From the IMG/VR virus record IMGVR_UViG_3300020269_000846, positions 1 through 25,308 of that record: 25,308 nucleotides of DNA; one strand, given 5' to 3'. The notes under the pieces were generated by a model. That model was not told the DNA's origin. It did no database searches and worked only from the letters and a program-made list of their open reading frames with translations. This DNA is from a virus (taxonomy: Duplodnaviria > Caudoviricetes). Positions 13,890-24,400 of this stretch are shown piece by piece. Position 1 is the stretch's first letter. Every line of letters starts with the position of its first letter. Both the position numbers and the translations under genes were made by a program.

Positions 13890-16800
13890 TGGCAGGACCT
13901 TACGGGAAAATACAGAATATGATAAAAAAGGCTAAGAAATCTACTGATAAATTTCTTATAACCTTAAAAAAAACTAATAGTCAAATTCTAATAGGGTCTA
14001 AACAAATTGATGTAGCTAAAAGACAGGAAACTTTATTTGAGGGTGGCAAAAAAAGAGCCGAATTATTAAAGGACATTGATTTTTTCAAGGATCCTAGTGT
14101 TATGACTATGATTTCTATGTTAAAATCTCTTAATTCTTTTGAATTATGTAACCCGGCTTCTTTTGCTATAGATCAGGGAATTAAATCTATACAAAGAAAA
14201 GACCAACAATTACAAGACTTAGGAGGGGAAGGAACCGGAGCAGGACAATTATTAGAAAAATTTGAAAATGTTCAGGGAAAGTTAAGAGAAGTTTTTAATG
14301 TAATTAGAAATTTTAGTTTAACACCTGGGGAAACTGAAGTTACAGGAGTAACTACTTCTCAAGCAGTTCCAATATCCAGAAGTGAAAAAGTTACTATTAC
14401 TTTACCACCTAGAAAAAATAATAAACCTTATGCTATAAATAATGGAACAGTTATTACATTAAGAACTACAGATCCTAAAACCGTAGCTCATATGACGGGA
14501 ACTGTTGAAACACTTCCGGAAATTCAATCTGACGAAAGAGGTCAAAGATTTGTTATAGGAGCCAATAATTATACAATTTCAATAGATACAGCCTCAACTT
14601 CATCTCCACCTAAAGATAAACAAGGAAATGTATTAACTTTTATAAATTTTAATGCTACATTTACTAAAGAACAAAACCCTGATATACAGGCATTAGCTGG
14701 CGAATTAAGTGATGCAGCCGATCTTCTTAGAGAAATAGGCTTTCAGGATATAGTAAATGATCTTAAAGATATCCCCCCTAAATTTCCTGGATTAAGTAAA
14801 ATTAGAGAATTAGCTATTAAACTTCAGAATTTTTTTGATGGTGTAGGTACTGCATCCGCTCAATTGGGGGATGAAGTAGATGATGCATCTCAATTTTTAA
14901 GTGGAGGATATACCACTAGACAAGTATTAGAGGGTTCTAGATTATTTGCAGAATTTAATAGGAGATTAGAACCCATTTTAAATTTAGAGAATTCTATAGT
15001 TAGTGGTTATAAAGATGTTATTGAAAATGTTAATAGTATTTTAAGGGATGTTATTCCTTTTCAGGAAATATCTAAATTTATAACATTTATAAGAGATTTT
15101 GTAAGAGTTATTCAAGGGGTAGTGAGTATGATATTAGTTTTACTAAAAACTATAAATGGTATTATTAAAGTAGTAATGACTATTTTAAAGGTATTCAAGG
15201 TAGTATTAAAAGTAGTAAAATTAGTGGTGAAGGTACTCCCAGCTATGTTCCTACCTGTAGGTGTTATTACTACATTTACTGAAAAAATTGAAAATGTAGA
15301 GGGTGCTATTGGTGAAGTAATAGAATATCTAGCCATTTACTCTGAATTTTTACAAGGTGTAATAGACGGCTTACAATTTACAAAATATGCCTTAAAAATA
15401 GTAATAGAGGAATTAACTAAATTAGCGGCCAAATTAGGTAGTTGTGGTGCTCTTAAAGGTAATGGTATGGAAGCTAGTATGACATCAGCAGTATCATTAG
15501 TTAGAGATTCCCTAAGAGGATTAACTCAAGCAGCTCCTGATGAAGACTTCTATCCGGACGATCCAAATTCACCAGGTGGTGGTTTAGGTCCAGCAGCCGG
15601 TGAAAATGTAAGACCATATGGTACAGGTCCTTTTATACAAACCCCTGGGGGTGAAATTATGTTTTTAAGTGATTCTATTATAGGATTTGATGAAGATGGT
15701 AATCTAATATTTTTTGCTAATTTAACTTCATTATCTACCGGGGTTAGATTTAATAGTACATTAGGGCAAGATTTTAGAAATAGAAATTTACGATTTTATA
15801 CTTTTGATAAATTTAGAAATTCACAAGCTTCAATGTTAAATGAAGCAGATAGAATAGCTGAAGAAAGAAGAAATGCAATAAAAGAAATAGATCCAACAGA
15901 TAGATTTGGAAATTTTGCAGAAAAATATAAAGGATATACTATTAAAATTCAAGAAGAAATAGATGATGATGATTTAAATACTCAAATTGTTACAAGAAGA
16001 AGAGGTATAGCTTTAGATTCTGCCGAATCATTAGTAGTCTCCACAGATTTAACCTTTTCAGATAATTTATCACAAATAGTAAATGAAGTTAAATTTCAAA
16101 TAGATCAATTAATTCAAGAAGGTGTAATAGGAATTAATACCTCGGACCCTCAAGCCAATACTATTTCAGATGATGATGCTATTGATATAGCAGAAGGTAC
16201 TGGAGCTAACCCTGTAGCTATAAACAATTTAAGAGCTCAGAAAAATAATAAGGCTGCAGCTAGTATCCCTGATAAACCTGGTAAACCAGTTAAGTCAAGA
16301 ATAGGTAATCAACCTTTTGAATCTAATAGAGATCTTAAAATACCTTCTCGAGGAAAAACTGATGGTGGATCGCCTAGTCAACCTATTAGGGTAGAGGGAG
16401 TAGCTCAAGCTGGTATAGATGCATTTGTAGAATCTACTCCAGAACTAAAATCATTAGCTAATAACTTAAGTACGATAAATAGAGCTACTACATCTCAATT
16501 ATCTAACATATTAAGAGACCCAGGTGTTCAAAATATGTCTGAGGAAGAATTAGTTCAAAAATTAAGAGGTGAAATATTAAGTGGAGTAGATCCTAATCCT
16601 GATAGAATAGAGGAAGTTAAGGATAAAACTCAAGAATGGTACAGAGGTATAAGAGCACAAGCTAGAGTAGACTTTAATCAATTAGTAGCAGCTCAACAAC
16701 AAACATCTACAGGTAATGCTAGAGGTAAGGGTGCTAAATTTAGAACTAGTGGTAAACCTAAACCTGAATTTGAACCATTTGTTACTAAAATTGAATTAAA

Positions 16801-16987
16801 AGAAATTCCAAAATGGATAGAATTACTTAGAAGAAATAAATATACTCAATCCGAAATTGATGCTGGTTTATCAGGTGAAGGTATAAGAGACAAATATGAA
16901 ATTAAGGTTGATGAAGATGGAAAAATCGATATTAGAAAAAAATTGGCATTTAAAAATGATAATTTTGAAAAGAAAAAAAGAGGATAA
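13889..16987 (+). CDS. large virion-associated protein with long amphipathic/hydrophobic helical segment
   Basis: 1032 aa, coupled within the baseplate operon. Contains the segment FIRDFVRVIQGVVSMILVLLKTINGIIKVVMTILKVFKVVLKVVKLVVKVLPAMFLPVGV. Confidence 0.6.
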   Translation: MAGPYGKIQNMIKKAKKSTDKFLITLKKTNSQILIGSKQIDVAKRQETLFEGGKKRAELLKDIDFFKDPSVMTMISMLKSLNSFELCNPASFAIDQGIKSIQRKDQQLQDLGGEGTGAGQLLEKFENVQGKLREVFNVIRNFSLTPGETEVTGVTTSQAVPISRSEKVTITLPPRKNNKPYAINNGTVITLRTTDPKTVAHMTGTVETLPEIQSDERGQRFVIGANNYTISIDTASTSSPPKDKQGNVLTFINFNATFTKEQNPDIQALAGELSDAADLLREIGFQDIVNDLKDIPPKFPGLSKIRELAIKLQNFFDGVGTASAQLGDEVDDASQFLSGGYTTRQVLEGSRLFAEFNRRLEPILNLENSIVSGYKDVIENVNSILRDVIPFQEISKFITFIRDFVRVIQGVVSMILVLLKTINGIIKVVMTILKVFKVVLKVVKLVVKVLPAMFLPVGVITTFTEKIENVEGAIGEVIEYLAIYSEFLQGVIDGLQFTKYALKIVIEELTKLAAKLGSCGALKGNGMEASMTSAVSLVRDSLRGLTQAAPDEDFYPDDPNSPGGGLGPAAGENVRPYGTGPFIQTPGGEIMFLSDSIIGFDEDGNLIFFANLTSLSTGVRFNSTLGQDFRNRNLRFYTFDKFRNSQASMLNEADRIAEERRNAIKEIDPTDRFGNFAEKYKGYTIKIQEEIDDDDLNTQIVTRRRGIALDSAESLVVSTDLTFSDNLSQIVNEVKFQIDQLIQEGVIGINTSDPQANTISDDDAIDIAEGTGANPVAINNLRAQKNNKAAASIPDKPGKPVKSRIGNQPFESNRDLKIPSRGKTDGGSPSQPIRVEGVAQAGIDAFVESTPELKSLANNLSTINRATTSQLSNILRDPGVQNMSEEELVQKLRGEILSGVDPNPDRIEEVKDKTQEWYRGIRAQARVDFNQLVAAQQQTSTGNARGKGAKFRTSGKPKPEFEPFVTKIELKEIPKWIELLRRNKYTQSEIDAGLSGEGIRDKYEIKVDEDGKIDIRKKLAFKNDNFEKKKRG

Positions 16988-17205
16988 TGATTTCACTTAT
17001 ATTACAAATAATTAAATTCGTAATTGTTAGGTTGGCATCTGCTAGAATTTTAAGTAGCTTCAATTCACAATTATTAAAAATAGATGCTTGGTTAGAAAAA
17101 CATCTTAATATTGATCTAATTAAACAGGAAGAAAAATTTTATCAAAAATATCCTAATATTGAAAAAAGATTAAAAGATATTGAAAAAAAATTGGAGAAAA
17201 ATTAA
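16987..17205 (+). CDS. small hypothetical protein, hydrophobic N-terminus and coiled-coil C-terminus
   Basis: 72 aa, TAATG-coupled to the upstream gene. Confidence 0.7.
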   Translation: MISLILQIIKFVIVRLASARILSSFNSQLLKIDAWLEKHLNIDLIKQEEKFYQKYPNIEKRLKDIEKKLEKN

Positions 17206-17229
17206 ACGAATGAAAAATACATTAAATAA

Positions 17230-17238
17230 ATATTTATA
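17230..17238 (+). promoter_or_regulatory. putative late promoter ATATTTATA
   Basis: Sits in the only sizeable intergenic gap inside the structural module, 3 nt before the ATG at 17242. Confidence 0.55.
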
Positions 17239-17241
17239 ATC

Positions 17242-17700
17242 ATGAAATTAGAAGCTTTTAGAAAAGTAATTAGAGAAGAGGTAAGAACAGTAATTAAAGA
17301 AGAACTTTCATTAATTATGCAAACTCCTATAACTGAAACTAAAACAGTAAAAAAGCCGGTTGTAGAAGTAAAAAATAAAAAATCTACACTATCCGATATT
17401 ATAGAAGAACCTAAATCACAAAATAAACCTACAAAACCTTTATTTGAAGGAGTAGGAGCACTTTCAGATGTATTAAACCAAACACATGCTGAAGGAGGTT
17501 GGAGAAATATGGGGAGTATGACGGCTAAAGATGCAGTTTCATATCAAGGTGGAATGCCCGGACAAGAAACTAAAGTAGTAGATTCAGTTAATGATATGGT
17601 AGCGGGACAAAAAACTTCAGATATCAATCAAGTAAGTATTGATTCTGTACCAGATTTTTCTGGATTAATGAGTAATTTAAAAGATAAAGGTAAATTATAA
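17242..17700 (+). CDS. conserved phage late protein
   Basis: N-terminal MK...FRKVIREEVR.VIKEEL helix, typical of late proteins of large phages. Precedes the gp25-like gene. Confidence 0.7.
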   Translation: MKLEAFRKVIREEVRTVIKEELSLIMQTPITETKTVKKPVVEVKNKKSTLSDIIEEPKSQNKPTKPLFEGVGALSDVLNQTHAEGGWRNMGSMTAKDAVSYQGGMPGQETKVVDSVNDMVAGQKTSDINQVSIDSVPDFSGLMSNLKDKGKL

Positions 17701-18122
17701 TGGCTGATTACTTATTTAGAAATGTAGATATTTTAGATTTAAAACCTAGTACTGGAGTAGGTATAAAAATACCTTTTGATGGTGCTACAGGTATTAATAC
17801 TACATTTACTACTCAAGATGCCATAAAATCTAATTTACTAAATTTTCTTTTAACTGGTAAAAGAGAAAGAGTATTAAATCCCGGATTTGGTTCTGGATTA
17901 AGAGAACTAATGTTTCAACCTTTAACGGATGATTTAAGGGGTGATATGGAAAACTTAATAATAGGAGGAGTTAATGAATTTTTTCCTAATGTTCAAATTA
18001 ATGATTTAACAATAGATTTCGTTCAAGAAGAATCAAAAGTAATTATAAACCTTAATTATTCCGTAATTAACACTAATATTGAAGACGAAATTCAAATAAA
18101 TATAAACAATGGCGGAGTCTAA
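17700..18122 (+). CDS. baseplate wedge protein, T4 gp25 / P2 gpW family
   Basis: DAIKSNLLNFLLTGKRERVLNPGFGSGLRELMFQP...FFPNVQINDL is the gp25 signature (I...L..LL.T..GER...P.FG..L...LF). Confidence 0.9.
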   Translation: MADYLFRNVDILDLKPSTGVGIKIPFDGATGINTTFTTQDAIKSNLLNFLLTGKRERVLNPGFGSGLRELMFQPLTDDLRGDMENLIIGGVNEFFPNVQINDLTIDFVQEESKVIINLNYSVINTNIEDEIQININNGGV

Positions 18123-19977
18123 ACAAGTACAATATTTAAATAAAGATTTTGATGGATTCAAACAAAAATTGTTAGAATTTGCAGAAATTTATTATCCTAA
18201 TACCTATAATGATTTTTCAGAAAATTCAGCTGGATTAATGTTAGTAGAAATGGCCTCATATGTAGGTGATGTACTTTCATTTTATGCTGATAGTCAAGTT
18301 CAAGAAAATTTTATAGAATTTGCCAAACAAAGAAATAACTTATTATCCTTAGCTTATAATAATGGTTACTTTCCACAAGTAACTAATGCAGCTACAGCCG
18401 AAATAGAAGTATTTCAATTAGTCCCCTCAACTATTACCTCTGGATTAGTAGAACCAGACTACAACTATTCCTTAATTATTCAGGAGGGGTCACAATTAAG
18501 ATCGGGAAATGAAAAATTTTATATAGAAGATAAAATAGATTTTTCTGTATCTAGTAGTTCAGATCCTACTGATGTATCAGTTTACTCTATAGATTCAGAT
18601 GATAATCCTAATTTTTATTTATTAAAGAAAACTAAAAGAGCAGTATCTGGAGAATTTAGACAAACTACTTTTACATTTGGTGCTCCTGAAAAGTTTCCTA
18701 CTATAGAATTAGAAGATACTAATATTATAAAAACAACTCAAGTAACTGATTCAGATGGTAGACTTTATTATCCTGTAAATTATTTAGCCCAAGAAACTAT
18801 TTTTGATCCACAACAAAATATAGCTCAAAATGACCCTAATTTTGCTCAGTATGGTGATACAACACCTTTCTTATTAAAATTAAGAAAAGTACCTTATAGA
18901 TATATTGCTAGATATAAAACAGATAATAAATTACAACTACAATTTGGATCAGGTATTTCTTCTGGACCAGATGAAACTATAATTCCTAATCCAGATAATA
19001 TAGGTTTAGGATTACCATATGGTGTGGATAAATTAACTACAGCATTTGATCCTTCTAATTTTTTATTTACTAAAGCTTATGGGGTAGCCCCCTCCAATAC
19101 TACATTAACTGTAAACTATTTAGTAGGAGGAGGAGCCTCCGCTAATGTACCAGCTAATACTATTACAACTTTTGATTCTGGTAGTACTTCATTTTTTGGT
19201 GCTAATTTAGATTCTACATTACAAGATACAGTAACGGATTCTTTAGCATTTAATAATCCAAGCCCTGCTGTAGGGGGAGGAGATGGCGATACTAATGAAG
19301 ACATTAGGTTAAATACTATTTCTCAATACCCATCTCAGTTAAGAACAGTAACAAAAGATGATTATGTTATAAGAGCTATGTCTTTACCTTCACAATTTGG
19401 AGTAGTATATAAAGCTTATATAACACAACAAAATGAACAAATTTCAGATAGAATATCTGTTTATGATGAAGAAAATGTTAATGCATTATGTTTACATATT
19501 TTATCAAAAGATTCAGGAGGAAAATTAACTAATTGTGATCCGGCTTTAAAACAAAACTTAAAAACTTATTTAGCGGAATATAGGATGCTAACAGATGCTG
19601 TTACTATAAAAGATGCTTTTGTTATTAATATAGGTATAAATTTTGATGTAATTTTATTGCCTAACTATAATAATAGTCTAGTATTAAATAATATAATAAC
19701 AGAACTAACATCATTTTTTGATACAGATAAAATGCAAATTAATCAACCTATTTTAATTAATAATGTTAGAAATGTAATTGACCAAGTAGATGGAGTACAA
19801 ACAGTTAAAAAATTAGAAATAGTAAATAAAGTAGGAGAAAGTGGTGGATATTCTCAATTTGCTTATGATATAAAAGGAGCTACTATAAATGAAGTATTAT
19901 ATCCTTGTATAGATCCTTCTATTTTTGAAGTTAAATTTCCACTTATAGATATTCAAGGTAAAGTAGTAACAAACTAA
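18109..19977 (+). CDS. baseplate wedge protein, T4 gp6 / baseplate J-like
   Basis: YLNKDFD..K..L......YP..YNDFSE.S.G..LVEM.SYVGDVLSFY.D, LQFGSG, GGGDGDTNEDIR......YPSQLRTVTKDDY. Follows the gp25-like gene. Confidence 0.9.
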   Translation: MAESKQVQYLNKDFDGFKQKLLEFAEIYYPNTYNDFSENSAGLMLVEMASYVGDVLSFYADSQVQENFIEFAKQRNNLLSLAYNNGYFPQVTNAATAEIEVFQLVPSTITSGLVEPDYNYSLIIQEGSQLRSGNEKFYIEDKIDFSVSSSSDPTDVSVYSIDSDDNPNFYLLKKTKRAVSGEFRQTTFTFGAPEKFPTIELEDTNIIKTTQVTDSDGRLYYPVNYLAQETIFDPQQNIAQNDPNFAQYGDTTPFLLKLRKVPYRYIARYKTDNKLQLQFGSGISSGPDETIIPNPDNIGLGLPYGVDKLTTAFDPSNFLFTKAYGVAPSNTTLTVNYLVGGGASANVPANTITTFDSGSTSFFGANLDSTLQDTVTDSLAFNNPSPAVGGGDGDTNEDIRLNTISQYPSQLRTVTKDDYVIRAMSLPSQFGVVYKAYITQQNEQISDRISVYDEENVNALCLHILSKDSGGKLTNCDPALKQNLKTYLAEYRMLTDAVTIKDAFVINIGINFDVILLPNYNNSLVLNNIITELTSFFDTDKMQINQPILINNVRNVIDQVDGVQTVKKLEIVNKVGESGGYSQFAYDIKGATINEVLYPCIDPSIFEVKFPLIDIQGKVVTN

Positions 19978-19981
19978 AAAA

Positions 19982-21100
19982 ATGGCAGTATATAAATTAT
20001 TTTCGGAAAAAGACACCACTATATTATCCCAATATCCGGCTCAAAATACTGGTAGAGATGAAATATTAGACATTTCTAATTATAATGGTTTAAATATAAA
20101 TTCATCCGCAGCCGGAGACTTACCGGCTGTAGCTCGTTCTTTAGTACAATTTAGTCAAACTGAAATTAGTGGTACTATAGCAGATAAAATAGGAGCTTCG
20201 GAATACTCTGCTAGTTTAAAATTATATCTAGCAAACGCTGAAAATGCTCCCCTAGATTATGAAATATATGCTTACCCTATTTCAGGAGCATGGGATATGG
20301 GTACAGGAAAAACTAGTGATAGTCCTAAAACTGAAGATGGATGTTGTTGGGGATTTAGAGGAGCATCAGGTTCAAATGCTTGGACTGCTAGTGGTTTTCC
20401 TAATTTTGTAACAGCATCATATGGAACAGCTATAGGAGGAGGAAATTGGTATACAGGTTCAACTACGATTAATCCTGAGGCATCACAATCATTTACATAT
20501 ACTAGTGATAAAGATATTTCCCTAGATGTAACTAATACTATAAAATTATGGACAGCAGCTAGTTTTTCAAATGATGGGTTTATTTTAAAATTAGGTGATG
20601 AAAATGAATTTGTTGATGAATATGTTGAAAAACAATATTTTTCTATGGATACTCATACCATATACCCACCTGAATTAGAATTTAAATGGGATGATAGTTC
20701 ATATGATACACCTTTAACAGCAGTAACATCTAGTGATTTTGTACTTGGGTTTACTAATTTAAAACAAGAATTTGAAGATAGTGGGGTATATAAATTTAGA
20801 GTTAAAGTAAGAGATAAATTCCCTGCTAGAACCTTCCAATCCAGTTCAGTTTATTTAAATGCAAAAGCATTAACCTCATCCTCATATTGGGGGTTAAAGG
20901 ATATTAAAACAGATCAAATGGTAATTGATTTTGATACTTCATATACTAAAATAAGTGCTGATAGTGGTAGTAATTATTTCACAGTACATATGGATGGTTT
21001 AGAACCAGAAAGATATTATCAATTAATGATTAAAACAATAGTTGAAGGTGAAACTCTTATAATTGAAGATAAAGGTAATTATTTTAAAGTTGTTAGATAA
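19982..21100 (+). CDS. virion structural protein with DNRLRE-like beta-sandwich
   Basis: EKDTTI....PAQNTG.DEIL, RSLVQF, LKLY, DVTNTIKLW....NDGFILK, YFSMD....YPPELEFKW resemble DNRLRE-type domains. Confidence 0.6.
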   Translation: MAVYKLFSEKDTTILSQYPAQNTGRDEILDISNYNGLNINSSAAGDLPAVARSLVQFSQTEISGTIADKIGASEYSASLKLYLANAENAPLDYEIYAYPISGAWDMGTGKTSDSPKTEDGCCWGFRGASGSNAWTASGFPNFVTASYGTAIGGGNWYTGSTTINPEASQSFTYTSDKDISLDVTNTIKLWTAASFSNDGFILKLGDENEFVDEYVEKQYFSMDTHTIYPPELEFKWDDSSYDTPLTAVTSSDFVLGFTNLKQEFEDSGVYKFRVKVRDKFPARTFQSSSVYLNAKALTSSSYWGLKDIKTDQMVIDFDTSYTKISADSGSNYFTVHMDGLEPERYYQLMIKTIVEGETLIIEDKGNYFKVVR

Positions 21101-21450
21101 TGGCAAAAGAAGAAGTACAATTTAATAAAGAAGTTTATGGTAAGGTTACTTACCCTAAAATTGTAAATACAGAATTTTCAGAATTAGTAACTGTGGAGGA
21201 TGCTCCACTAGCTATACCGGAACCTATGACAGTAGCTGAATTTTTTGAAGAATATGATAGACTATTCTTCCAAATCCCCAGAACTGGAGCTAATGCTTCT
21301 CATACCGCTTTAGTGGATAGAAGTTCTTCATATATAGGGGTTGCTGGTCAATCTTCGGAAATTGAAGCTTTATTAAACGAAATATCAGATCTAAGATTAC
21401 AATTACTTACAGCACAACAAGAAATTGTGAATTTATCAGCTAATGTATAA
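21100..21450 (+). CDS. hypothetical virion protein with C-terminal coiled coil
   Basis: 116 aa, TAATG-coupled on both sides. Confidence 0.7.
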   Translation: MAKEEVQFNKEVYGKVTYPKIVNTEFSELVTVEDAPLAIPEPMTVAEFFEEYDRLFFQIPRTGANASHTALVDRSSSYIGVAGQSSEIEALLNEISDLRLQLLTAQQEIVNLSANV

Positions 21451-24400
21451 TGGAAGAAATAACCGTAATATCTACTGGTTCGGCAGAATTTATTAACCAA
21501 AATTATTCTCCTAAAGATGAAAATTTATTTAATACATTTTCATTAAATAGAGATTATGGTGCTCCACAAGATGTAATTGAGTTACATGTTTTTGATGGTG
21601 GAGGATTACTTCTAACCTCTTCTTATGATTTTAATAATTTTCAAACCCAATTAACTGATCCTTCTTCAAGTTTATTTAATAAAATAATTATTGACCCAGA
21701 GGAAGATGTTAAAAATTTAGGTTTTGAAGCAGGTACTTTTAATTTAACTTATTATCCATATAGAAATATACTTCTAAGTAATGAACAAAGAAGATTTTTT
21801 ATTAAGGATATTTCTGATGATAGAACAGAACTTAGAATAGTCACAAATGAATTATCATACGATGCATTAAGTACATCTTATTTTAATTATATAAATTCAA
21901 AAGCTAATAAAAGTTTTTATTCCGATTTTCTTTTAAATTTTGGTGATAATAATACAATATTAGGAGTTAATACTTTATTAGATACTGATTTAACTACCGA
22001 ACCTAGTGTTTATATAAAATTATATGAAGCACTTCCCGATAATCTGGGAGAAAAAGATACTTTATGGCTTTCAGAACAAATATCAGATCCATTTACTTAT
22101 AAAGTAGATATAAACATATTACCTGATGAAGAAGAAGAAGAAATTACTTTATTAAGGGGACCTAATACTAATGTAGATTTAAATTTACAAACTAATGTAA
22201 CTACAAAATATCTTAATGTAAGTGAAATTTTAGATAGTCCATTAACTTCTTCTTTACAACAAATAAAATCTATATTAGAAGAAAAAAGCGTAAATATAAA
22301 TATAGATTATGAAGATTACAATAATTTTGTCCATTTTTCTTCCGCTTATCAAAGATTAGAAAATTTTAAAGAAAAATTAAGATTAATTGAAGGATATCAA
22401 AGTGATTTAGATTCTTTTAAAGGATTAGGTCCCTTAACAGATCAAAGCCATATATCATCCTCCAAAGTAACTTTACAAAATAATATTGATACTATCATTA
22501 GACAATTTGATGGGTATGAATATTTTCTTTATTATACTTCTGGATCAAAATCATGGCCTAAATCCGGCTCTACAGTAGCACCTTATACTAATTGGGGAGT
22601 AGATTCTGTATCCGCTTCAGTTTGGTACGGATCAGAAGATGAAAATAGTGACTTTTTTGGAGGTCAAATACTATCAGCCTCACTTTATAATGATACTAAT
22701 AGAAACTATATTTGGAATACCCTTCCTGCTTATATAAAAGAGGATCCTCAAAATAGTAATTTAGAATTATTATCCTCTATGTTAGGTCAACATTTTGATA
22801 CCTTATGGACTTACACTAGAGCTTTAACAGATATAAAAGATAATGATAATAGAATAAATAAAGGTATTTCAAAGGACCTAGTAGCGGATACCTTACGTTC
22901 TTTAGGTATTAAATTATATACTTCTAATAGAACTAATGAAAATCTATTCCAAGATTTATTAGGCCTATCACCTTCTGGTTCAGCTACTCCCGATACCGGT
23001 TCTCAAAGAGTAGAAACATATGTTTCTGTATCTAATGAAGCTAATACTACAGATAATTTAAATAAAGAAGTATATAAAAGAATATATAATAATTTACCTT
23101 ATTTATTAAAAACTAGAGGTACTAGACAAGGTTTAAGAGCATTAATAAATTGTTTTGGAATTCCTGAAACAATTTTAAAAGTAAATGAATATGGAGGAGA
23201 TCAGAAAAATGTTCCTACTGTAAATCAAGTTATAGATAGGTTTGCTTATGGGTTAAATACTAATCCATTACATTTAACATCATCTATATCATCTAGCACA
23301 ATAAACATTCCATGGTTACCATTTGTAACTAATTTTTCTGATGAATGGCAATCAGTAAATGTAAATTGGAATATTATAGAAGGTGTTTGGAATGGACCTA
23401 AAGCGGCTAGTGCAACTCCAGATACAGTAGAATTTAGATTTAAATCAAATGGTATCCCATCTTCTTCTTACTATAGTCAATCATTATTTCAAGTAAGACA
23501 GGATTCTGATACTAAGTTTGGAGTACAATTATTATATCCTTCGGCTTCTAATGCCTCATATGGAAGTCCTGTATTAAATGATAGATATTCAGTATATGGT
23601 GAACTAAGATTTTTCTTATCAGGTTCACAAGGATATGCTAAAACAGAACCTATTTATGCCCCATTCTTCTCTGGTAGTTGGTGGTCATTAAAGTTAAACA
23701 GAGAAACTAGTAGTGTCTTTATATTTGATAGTGGTTCAAATCAAGATTATACATTAACAGTAAAAAGTACTGATTATAATGGTAAAGATGGTACTTTTAT
23801 AAAATATCAAGCATCACAAAGTTTACATATTAATGGAACAACATCTGCATCATATAATGGTTCTTGGCATGACTTTAGATATAGTTCAGGAAATTTAGTA
23901 TTAGATGGACATTTAGGAGGTACTGGTAGCAATAATGTATTATCACCAGATGGAGTAGTATTTGATGGTGCTTTCCAAGAGGCAAGAATGTGGTCAACTA
24001 TATTAAGTGAATCTGCCTTTAATCAACATGTATTAGATCCACGTTCTATAAGATCAAATGAAGTTACTTCATCAATGTTTGATCTAATATTTAGACTACC
24101 CTTAGGAAATGATTTACAAATATCAGGTTCATTTGGAGACAATAAAGTAACCTCAGTACATCCATCCATAACTGGTTCATTTGTACCTACAGCTTCTTTC
24201 TTCTTAGGTACTGGTTCTTCTACTGTTTCTTATGGAATAATAACGAATTTTACCGGTTCAAGTTATCAACCAACGGAATACTTTGCATTAGTAGAATCAC
24301 CTAATTTAGGCGCTTATAATCCCGTAGATGATAAAATTAGGATAAAAAATACATCTCAAGTTTCTGGTTCAACTTTATCACCTTATGTATCCATACAAGA

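Noticed and set aside
17700-19977. Bacterial contractile injection system (T6SS/eCIS) or tailocin
   Set aside because: The context of dozens of small early ORFs, a gp55-like sigma and T4-type gp6 architecture, with no host housekeeping genes, indicates a phage genome.
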